This document shows, in pieces, positions 38,745 to 46,391 of a stretch of DNA of 46,391 nt. The notes beneath the pieces were generated by a model, which ran no database searches, was not told where the DNA came from, and worked only from the letters and a program-made list of their open reading frames with translations. Position 1 is the first letter of the stretch. Each line of letters begins with the position of its first letter. Position numbers and translations under genes: made by a program. This DNA comes from Candidatus Methylomirabilia bacterium (GTDB taxonomy: Bacteria > Methylomirabilota > Methylomirabilia > Rokubacteriales > CSP1-6), in the NCBI GenBank assembly GCA_041497895.1, contig JBGQHJ010000019.1:1-46391 (forward strand), read 5' to 3'.

Positions 38745-40132
38745 GCGCGGACGAGCTCTGCTACGCCGGCGTCCGGGAGCTGGGCGGCCTCTTCCGCCGC
38801 GGCGAGCTCTCGCCGGTCGACTACGCGACCGATTTGCTCGGACGCATCGAGCGCCTCGACAAGCGCCTCAACGCCTACGTGACGGTCACCGCGGAGCGCG
38901 CGCTGGCCGACGCCCGCGCGGCGGAGGCCGCCATCCGGCGGGGGGACGCGGGCCCCCTCGCGGGCATCCCGATCGCCTACAAGGATCTCTACGCGACCCG
39001 GGGGATCCGCACCACCGCGGGCTCGGCGGTCCTGGGCGACTGGGTGCCGGACTTCGATTGCACCTGCGTGGCCCGGCTCCAGCAGGCGGGCATGGTGATG
39101 CTCGGCAAGCTCATCACCCACGAGTTCGCCTTCGGCATCCAGTTCCCCGGCCATCGCTTCCCGCCCGCGCGGAACCCGTGGAACGTCGATCACATCCCGG
39201 GCGGCTCCAGCAGCGGCTCGGGCGCGGCGCTCGCGGCCGGCCTCACCGTCGGCTCGCTCGGCTCCGACACCGGCGGCTCGATCCGGGGCCCGGCCGCCTT
39301 CTGCGGCATCGCGGGGCTCAAGCCCACCTACGGCCGCGTGAGCCGCGCGGGAGTGGTCACGCTCTCGTGGACGCTCGATCACACCGGACCCATGGCGCGC
39401 TCGGCCGAGGACTGCGCGTTCATCCTGCAGGTGCTGGCCGGCCACGACCCGGCCGACCCGGCCTCGGCCCGTGAGCCGGTGCCCGACTACCTGGCCGGGC
39501 TCGAGGGCGGCGTGAAGGGTTTCCGGATCGGCGTGGTGCGCGACTACTTCTTCGAGCAGGTGGAAGCGGAGACGGTGGCCGCGTTCGAGCGGGCCCTCGG
39601 CGAGCTGGGTCGGCTCGGGGCGACGGTGCGCGATGTCACGATCCCGAGCATCCACGCGACGCCGTCGTTCATGGTCATCATGCTCACCGAGGCCTTCGCC
39701 TATCACGAGCGCGACCTGCGCGAGCACCCGGAGCTGTACGGCGAGGTGCTGCGGGAGAAGCTCATGGCCGGCGGCCTCTTCCGCGCCGACGAGTACGTGC
39801 AGGCCCAGCGTCTGCGCGCCCAGATCCGCGAGGACACCGCCCGCGCCCTCGAGACGGTGGACGTGCTGATCACGCCCACCGCGCTCGGTCCCGCGCCCGC
39901 CTTCAAGGTGGTGCTCGACCCCGACTTCCCGTTCGCCAAGTCGAACATGGGCCCGTTCAACATGACCGGGCTGCCGACCCTCGCGATCCCGACCGGTTTC
40001 TCGTCCGCCGGGCTGCCGCTCTCGATGCAGATCTCGGGTCGGCCCTTCGACGAGGCCACCGTGCTGCGCACCGGGCACGCCTACCAGCGGGCCACCGAAT
40101 GGCACCGTCGGCGGCCGCCGGTGTCGGCGTGA
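38741..40132 (+). CDS. Amidase signature family protein (GatA/AtzE-like)
   Basis: IAYKDLY, PGGSSSGSG, GSDTGGSIRGPA and GLKPTYGRVS. Confidence 0.92.
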   Translation: MSADELCYAGVRELGGLFRRGELSPVDYATDLLGRIERLDKRLNAYVTVTAERALADARAAEAAIRRGDAGPLAGIPIAYKDLYATRGIRTTAGSAVLGDWVPDFDCTCVARLQQAGMVMLGKLITHEFAFGIQFPGHRFPPARNPWNVDHIPGGSSSGSGAALAAGLTVGSLGSDTGGSIRGPAAFCGIAGLKPTYGRVSRAGVVTLSWTLDHTGPMARSAEDCAFILQVLAGHDPADPASAREPVPDYLAGLEGGVKGFRIGVVRDYFFEQVEAETVAAFERALGELGRLGATVRDVTIPSIHATPSFMVIMLTEAFAYHERDLREHPELYGEVLREKLMAGGLFRADEYVQAQRLRAQIREDTARALETVDVLITPTALGPAPAFKVVLDPDFPFAKSNMGPFNMTGLPTLAIPTGFSSAGLPLSMQISGRPFDEATVLRTGHAYQRATEWHRRRPPVSA

Positions 40133-40139
40133 CCACCCC

Positions 40140-41030
40140 GTGAGTACCCCCACGAATACGCCCACGACTACGCTAGTCGGTCTCGACGAGCTGAAGGCGC
40201 ACGTCGGGCGACGCGAGACCGCCGCCGATATCGTCACCGCCGCGCCCGCGAACCTGCTGCGGCTGACCTTCGGCCGCGACGAGCCGGAGCTTCGGCCGGG
40301 TGACCCGCTGCCGCCCGGCTGGCAGTGCCTCTACTTCCTGCCGCGCTTCGCCCCGGACGCACTGCGCCCCGACGGCAGCCCGCTCGATACCGGGGTGATC
40401 CCGCCGATGCCGCTGCCCCGGCGCATGTTCGCGGGCGAGCGCTTCCGGTTCCACCGGCCGCTCCGCATCGGCGACGCGATTCGCCGCGAGACCGAGCTGG
40501 CCGACATCTCGACCAAGACCGGGGGCACCGGCACCCTGGTGTTCGCCACCGTGGTCCAGCGCATCTTCACCGCCGACGGCCTCGCGATCGAGGAGGAGCG
40601 TCGCACCGTGTTCCGCGAGGAGGTACGGGCGGGCGAGCGCAACCAGGCCCCGCGGCGCGAGCCCGCGCCGGACGACGTGCCGTGGCGTCGCCGCGTCACC
40701 CCGGACCCGGTGCTGCTTTTCCGCTTCTCCGCGCTCACGTTCAACAGCCACCGCATCCACTACGACCGGCCCTGGGCGATGGAGCGGGAGGGATACCCCG
40801 CTCTGGTCGTCCACGGCCCGCTCACCTCCACGCTCCTGATCGACTTCGCCCGCGATCACGCTCGCGGGCGCGCGTTCGCCACCTACGAGACCCAGGCCCG
40901 AGCGCCGCTCTTCGACACCGCGGCCTTCGAGCTGCGCGGTCGCCCGTCCGCCGACGGTCGGGCCGCGGAGCTGTGGGCCGTGACCCCGGACGGCACGGTG
41001 GCCATGAGCGCCCGGGCCGAGCTCGCCTGA
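40140..41030 (+). CDS. Double-hotdog acyl-CoA hydratase (HTD2 / mesaconyl-C4-CoA / itaconyl-CoA hydratase-like)
   Basis: PRRMFAG, LFRFSALTFNSHRIHYD and LVVHGPL. Confidence 0.85.
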   Translation: MSTPTNTPTTTLVGLDELKAHVGRRETAADIVTAAPANLLRLTFGRDEPELRPGDPLPPGWQCLYFLPRFAPDALRPDGSPLDTGVIPPMPLPRRMFAGERFRFHRPLRIGDAIRRETELADISTKTGGTGTLVFATVVQRIFTADGLAIEEERRTVFREEVRAGERNQAPRREPAPDDVPWRRRVTPDPVLLFRFSALTFNSHRIHYDRPWAMEREGYPALVVHGPLTSTLLIDFARDHARGRAFATYETQARAPLFDTAAFELRGRPSADGRAAELWAVTPDGTVAMSARAELA

Positions 41031-41064
41031 CGATTCACCCGACGACAGAAAGGATGAGGCAACG

Positions 41065-41460
41065 ATGGCCGACGAGCAGGCACTTGAGCTTCGGATGGAC
41101 CCCGCGGCCCTGTACCGGGAGGAGACCTTCACCGACCGGCGCATCGGGGTCATCCGCATGATGACGCCGGTGAAGACGGACGGCTCGATCGATCTCGGCC
41201 GCAAGATCCTCTACGTGGGCGAGGCCCAGCTGCTCTCGCCGGTGGGCGCGCTGCCGATCACGTTCGAGATCGAGGCGACCTCGCTCGGCGACGCGGCCGA
41301 GAAGTTTGCGGCCGGCGCCAAGGTGGCGGTCGAGCGGGCGATCCGCGAGCTGCAGGAGCTGCGCCGGGAGCAGTCCTCGAATATCGTGATCCCGGACCGC
41401 ATGCCGCCGGACCTGGGCGGCCGGGGCGGGCCGCGGGGTCCCGGGCGCATCCAGCTCTGA
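41065..41460 (+). CDS. Conserved hypothetical cytoplasmic protein
   Basis: Clean ORF with RBS and non-shadow composition (LYREETFTDRRIGVIR...IQL); function not recognised. Confidence 0.75.
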   Translation: MADEQALELRMDPAALYREETFTDRRIGVIRMMTPVKTDGSIDLGRKILYVGEAQLLSPVGALPITFEIEATSLGDAAEKFAAGAKVAVERAIRELQELRREQSSNIVIPDRMPPDLGGRGGPRGPGRIQL

Positions 41461-41473
41461 GCGGGGACCGGCC

Positions 41474-42289
41474 ATGAACCTGCTGCGTCCGGTCGACCGG
41501 TTCGTGTCGGTCAACGGCCTGCGCTTCCACGTGCTCGACTGGGGCGGCGAGGGGCGCACCCCGCTGCTCCTGCTCCACGGCTTCACCGGCCACGCGCACG
41601 CCTGGGACACGCTCGCCATCGCGCTCCAGCCGCACTTCCACGTCTACGCGCTCGACCAGCGCGGGCACGGCGACAGCGACCCGGCGACCGTCTACGGGCC
41701 GATCGCCGCCTTCGACGACCTCGGCGGCGTCGTCGACCAGCTCGGGCTGGCGCCCGCGATCATGGTCGGGCTCTCGATGGGCGGGCGCAACGCGATCTAC
41801 TTCACCGCCAAGCGGCCGGACGCGGTCGCCAAGCTGGTCATCCTCGACATCGGCCCCGAGATCAGCACGCGCGCCTCCCAGGCCCCGCCCGGGCCGCCCG
41901 AGCCGGAGTTCTGGGACAGCATCGAGCAGGCGGCCCAGCACCTCCTCCGCGGCAACGCCTATCCCGGCATCCACTATTACCGGTGGGTGGCCGCCTCGAG
42001 CCTGCGCCAGCGGCCCGACGACCGCCTGGTGTGGGCGTGGCATCCGAGCGTGAAGACGCTCCGCTCCACCGTCGAGGTGGACTGGTGGGGTCTCCTGCGA
42101 ACGATCCCGGTGCCCACGCTCGTGCTGCGCGGCGAGGAGAGCCCGATCCTCGACCGCGACGTGGCCGAGCGCATGGCCCGCGAGCTGCCCAAGGGCGCCT
42201 TCATCGAGATTCCCCGCGCGATCCACACCCTGCACGAGGACAATCCGGACGCGGTGCTCGCCGCGCTCCGGTCGTTCCTCGGCTTCTGA
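41474..42289 (+). CDS. Alpha/beta-fold hydrolase
   Basis: LLHGFTG, DQRGHGDS and GLSMGG. Confidence 0.9.
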   Translation: MNLLRPVDRFVSVNGLRFHVLDWGGEGRTPLLLLHGFTGHAHAWDTLAIALQPHFHVYALDQRGHGDSDPATVYGPIAAFDDLGGVVDQLGLAPAIMVGLSMGGRNAIYFTAKRPDAVAKLVILDIGPEISTRASQAPPGPPEPEFWDSIEQAAQHLLRGNAYPGIHYYRWVAASSLRQRPDDRLVWAWHPSVKTLRSTVEVDWWGLLRTIPVPTLVLRGEESPILDRDVAERMARELPKGAFIEIPRAIHTLHEDNPDAVLAALRSFLGF

Positions 42290-42302
42290 TCGGAGAGCCG
42301 CC

Positions 42303-44219
42303 ATGGCGGTGACGAGACTCGAGGTGACCCGGCGCGAGCCGGTCCTGGGCGGCGCGCCGTTCGGCGCGGGCGGTCCCTACGAGAAGATCGAGGGCGTCCT
42401 CCACTTCGCGGTGGATCCCGCCGCGCGAGTGCACGAGCCGATCGCCGACCTCGGGCTGGCGCCGCGCAACGCGCGCGGGCTGGTCGAGTCCTCGGCCGAT
42501 TTCTACCTTCTGCGTCCGCTGAGCGGGAGTCGCCGCCTCTTGCTGGACATCCCCAACCGCGGGCGCAAGATCGCGCTCGGCATGTTCAACAGCTCGCCGC
42601 GCTCGAACGACCCGACGGCCCGCGAGGACTTCGGGAACGGCTTCCTGATGCGCCACGGCTACGCGGTGGCGTGGATCGGCTGGCAGCCCGACGTGCCGCG
42701 CCGTGACGGCATGATGGCGCTCACGGTGCCGCGGGTGCCCGGCGTGTCCGAGCGCGTGCGCTGCGAGTTTCGGCCGAACGCGCGCGTCGACGTGCTGCCG
42801 CTCGCCGACCGCTACCACATCCCGCACCCGGTGGCGCGCCTCGACGATCCGGAGGCGGAGCTGCACGTGCGCGAGCACGCGGAAGCTCCCTCGGTCACGG
42901 TGCCGCGCGGCGCCTGGCGCTTTCCCGACGCGGGCTCGGTCGCGCTCGCGGGCGGCTTCGAGGCCGGACGCATCTACGAGTGCTACTACCGGGCCGAGAA
43001 TCCGCCGGTGGTCGGTCTCGGCTTCACTGCGGTCCGCGACACCGCGACCTTCCTGCGCGGGGGGACCGCGCGGGAGGGGAATCCGTGCGCCGGCGCGGTC
43101 GACCGGTCCTACGTCTTCGGGGTCTCGCAGAGCGGCCGCTTCCTGCGGCACCTGCTCTATCTCGGGCTCGACGAGGACGAGACGGGCCGACCCGCGTGGG
43201 ACGCGGTGATCCCGCACGTGGCGGGCGGGCGGCGCGGCGAGTTCAACTGCCGCTTCGGCCAGCCCTCGCTGAACGCGGTCCACGCGGTGGGTAGCCTGTT
43301 CCCGTTCACCGACGGGGAGCAGGACGACCCGATCACCGGGCAGCGCGGGGCCCTGCTCCACCGGCTCGCCGGCCGCTCGCGGCCCCCGCGCATCTTCACG
43401 ATCAACACCGCGGCGGAGTACTGGCGCGGCGACGGGTCGCTGGTGCACACCGACGTGGCGGCCACCCGCGACGTGACTCCGCCGGCCTGGATCCGCCAGT
43501 ATTTCTTCGCCGGTACCCAGCACACGCCCGGCGCGATCCCGCCGCCGCCCGCCGACCCGAACACGGGCGGGCGCGGGCGCCACCTCTTCAGCGTGGTGGA
43601 TTACTCCCCGCTCCTGCGGGCGGCGCTGGTCAATCTCGACCGGTGGGTCAGCGAGGGCGTCGAGCCGCCGCCGAGCGCGGTGCCGAGGCTGGCCGACGGC
43701 TCCGCGGTGGCCGCCGAGACCACACGCCCCGTGTACGCCGCCATCCCGGGCGCGCGCTTTCCCGACCGCGTGCCGCGGCCGGTGCGCCTCGATTTCGGCC
43801 CCCGGGTCGAGCAGGGCATCGTCGACCTGCCGCCCAAGCTCGGCGCGCCCTACGTCACGGTGGTGTCCGCGGTGGATGCCGACGGCAACGACCGCGCGGG
43901 CATCCGCCCGCCCGAGCTGCGGGTGCCGGTCGCCACCTTCACCGGCTGGAACCCGCGGCATCCGGACCAGGGTGCGCCGGGCGACCTCATGTCGATGATG
44001 GGCTCCACGCTGCCGTTCGCGCGCACCGCGTCCGAGCGGGCCGCGAGCGGCGACGCGCGGCCATCGCTCGAGGAGCGCTACGGTGACCGCGATCGCTACC
44101 TGGCCCGCGTGCGGAGCGACGCGCAGGCCATGGTCGCGGACCGGCACCTGCTGGCGGACGACGTGGACGCGGTGGTCGAGCGCGCCGGAGCGCTCTGGGA
44201 CTTCGTCTGCCCGCGCTGA
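42303..44219 (+). CDS. Large alpha/beta-hydrolase-domain protein (Abhydrolase_10-like)
   Basis: PNRG, GWQPD, GVSQSGRFLR, EYW, GTQH and DADGNDRAGI. Confidence 0.8.
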   Translation: MAVTRLEVTRREPVLGGAPFGAGGPYEKIEGVLHFAVDPAARVHEPIADLGLAPRNARGLVESSADFYLLRPLSGSRRLLLDIPNRGRKIALGMFNSSPRSNDPTAREDFGNGFLMRHGYAVAWIGWQPDVPRRDGMMALTVPRVPGVSERVRCEFRPNARVDVLPLADRYHIPHPVARLDDPEAELHVREHAEAPSVTVPRGAWRFPDAGSVALAGGFEAGRIYECYYRAENPPVVGLGFTAVRDTATFLRGGTAREGNPCAGAVDRSYVFGVSQSGRFLRHLLYLGLDEDETGRPAWDAVIPHVAGGRRGEFNCRFGQPSLNAVHAVGSLFPFTDGEQDDPITGQRGALLHRLAGRSRPPRIFTINTAAEYWRGDGSLVHTDVAATRDVTPPAWIRQYFFAGTQHTPGAIPPPPADPNTGGRGRHLFSVVDYSPLLRAALVNLDRWVSEGVEPPPSAVPRLADGSAVAAETTRPVYAAIPGARFPDRVPRPVRLDFGPRVEQGIVDLPPKLGAPYVTVVSAVDADGNDRAGIRPPELRVPVATFTGWNPRHPDQGAPGDLMSMMGSTLPFARTASERAASGDARPSLEERYGDRDRYLARVRSDAQAMVADRHLLADDVDAVVERAGALWDFVCPR

Positions 44220-45211
44220 CCGCCCCGCTGATCGAGTCCCACGCCCACGTCCTGCCCGACGCGGTGCTGGCCCGGTTCCCGGACGGCGGCGACGCGCGCT
44301 ACGTGACCGCCGAGCGGCGCGTGCTGGGGCGGATGCTGGAGGCGCAGGAGGCCGCGGGAGTCACCCACGCCCTGGTCTCCGACTCCTTCTTCATGGAGTC
44401 GGCCGCCGACGCGCTACCCGCGTGGAGCCCGCCCGATCGCGCCCGCCTCTACAATGACGCGCTCGCCGCGCTGGTCGCCCGGCATCCGGGTCGGCTCTTC
44501 GGCCTCGGCTGCGTGGATCCCTTCTCGGGCGAGGCGGCCGCGCGCGAGCTGGAGCGGATGATCGATGATCTTGGCTTCGTGGGCGCCCTCGTGAACCCGA
44601 GCGACTTGCCGGCAGGCGGCCACCGCTATCTCGACGACCCGGCCTGCGCGCCGCTGCTCGCCGCCGCGGCGGCGCGCGGCCGGCCCCTCTTCGTCCATCC
44701 CTCGCGCGACCTGCCCGCCGGGGAGCATTTCGACGACTTCGTGCTCTCGCTGATCGTGGGCCGCCCGACGCAGACCGCGGTGTGCGCGGCACGCCTCATC
44801 CTCACCGGCGCCCTCGACCGCCATCCGCGCCTGTCGCTCCTGCTGGCCCACGGGGGCGGCGTGCTCCCCGCGATGGCGGGCCGGCTCGACGCCACCTGGC
44901 GCGCCTACCGGCCGGGCCGCTGGCGAGGCCCGGACGTGCTGTCGGCGCCGCCGTCCACCTACCTGCGCCGCTTCCACGTCGACACCAATGTGTGGTCGGT
45001 GCCGGCGCTGCGACTCCTCCTGGACGTCCTCGGCCCCGAGCGCCTGCTCGTCGGCAACGATCAGCCGCCGGTGTGGTTCCCGCTCGGCGAATCGCTCGCG
45101 CTGCTCGATCAGCTCGCCCTGCCGCCGGGCGACCGGGAGGCGATCCGCTGGGGCAACGCCACGCGCCTCTTCGGGATCGGGGCGCCGCGCGCGGTGGTCG
45201 CGCCGGCATGA
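44216..45211 (+). CDS. Amidohydrolase_2 family protein (decarboxylase-like), probable CTG start
   Basis: FVHP, LAHGGG and VGNDQP. The metal-binding IESHAH lies upstream of the first GTG (44264); an in-frame CTG at 44216 overlaps the previous TGA. Confidence 0.8.
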   Translation: MTAPLIESHAHVLPDAVLARFPDGGDARYVTAERRVLGRMLEAQEAAGVTHALVSDSFFMESAADALPAWSPPDRARLYNDALAALVARHPGRLFGLGCVDPFSGEAAARELERMIDDLGFVGALVNPSDLPAGGHRYLDDPACAPLLAAAAARGRPLFVHPSRDLPAGEHFDDFVLSLIVGRPTQTAVCAARLILTGALDRHPRLSLLLAHGGGVLPAMAGRLDATWRAYRPGRWRGPDVLSAPPSTYLRRFHVDTNVWSVPALRLLLDVLGPERLLVGNDQPPVWFPLGESLALLDQLALPPGDREAIRWGNATRLFGIGAPRAVVAPA

Positions 45212-45812
45212 TCCCGCTGCCGCGATCGGTGGCCGACCTGTGCGCGGAGCTCGGCGCCCAGCCCGGCGTCCTCGTGGTGGCGCTCGGCGGCTCTCGGGCG
45301 GTGGAGACCGCGGCCGCGGCGAGCGATTGGTCGACGTGATGCTGCGCGACCTCGGCGTGGTCCGGCACTGGACCGCGGAGGCGGAGGAGGGGCGCTACGA
45401 GGTCGACGCGCTGCTCGGCTACGTGGCGGGCGCTCCGACCTACATGCTGGCCGCCGAGCTGGCGGTGAGCCGCGCCGTGGTGGGCGTGCTGCCGGAGACA
45501 CCCGTCTACCCCGCGTCCCTCGCCGAGAACGGCGAGCGGCGATGGCGCGTGCATGCCGAGTTCAGCCCGGTCCACGCCCGCATGCGCGCCGAGCGCGGCG
45601 ACGTGACCGGCGCGGCCGGCCAGGCCGCGAAGGCGGTGCTCGAGGCCGCGCACGCCCGCGCCTGCCGCGGGCGTCAGTGGATGCTCAACGAGAAGATGCT
45701 CGTCGAGCGGACCGGCCTGGCCGCGCTGCACGACCGCTTCACCCGGATCCCCGCGGAGCGGGCGCCGCTGGTCGAGTGGGTGAGCGGGCTCCGTGCGGCG
45801 CTGGCCGCCTAG
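45208..45812 (+). pseudogene. Nucleotidyltransferase-domain gene with internal deletion and frameshift
   Basis: MIPLP...VALGGSRA...SDW stops at 45339; the remainder (VDVMLRDL...WMLNEKMLV) continues in another frame to 45812. Confidence 0.72.
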
Positions 45813-45821
45813 AGGACGCGC

Positions 45822-46391
<570 letters not shown>

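Noticed and set aside
38488..40132. gatC-gatA of the tRNA amidotransferase
   Set aside because: There is no gatB and the context is catabolic, so gene symbols were not assigned.
40145..40172. Short TACGCCCACGA-like tandem repeat (TPTNTPTTT)
   Set aside because: It is two to three degenerate 12-nt units in a low-complexity N-terminal tail, with no evidence of function.

Overview
A very GC-rich bacterial chromosomal segment with about 41 protein genes. I see no rRNA, tRNA, CRISPR array or transposase. The gene content (several family-5 ABC binding proteins, luciferase-like monooxygenases, amidohydrolases, a CaiB CoA-transferase) resembles Candidatus Rokubacteria/Methylomirabilota, but that assignment is inference only. 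The most notable region is 1-13.2 kb, an apparently self-contained sigma-54 module. Back-to-back -24/-12 promoters (10386-10400 minus, 10754-10768 plus) flank three GCAAGG-N3-CCTTGC-like candidate enhancer sites. The leftward operon encodes a ROK kinase, two paralogous alpha/beta-hydrolase::GT-B glycosyltransferase fusions, a one-Cys OsmC-like protein, a V4R/GAF histidine kinase, a REC-fused class III cyclase with a non-canonical active site, and an NtrC-type GAFTGA activator. The rightward operon encodes a secreted cupin, an alpha/beta-hydrolase and a wHTH-SAM methyltransferase. The rest is mostly catabolic and transport genes. It also contains two internally deleted genes, an unlisted 54-aa lipoprotein, a probable CTG-initiated amidohydrolase, two bridging mini-ORFs, two families of palindromic repeats and an unknown probable outer-membrane beta-barrel protein.
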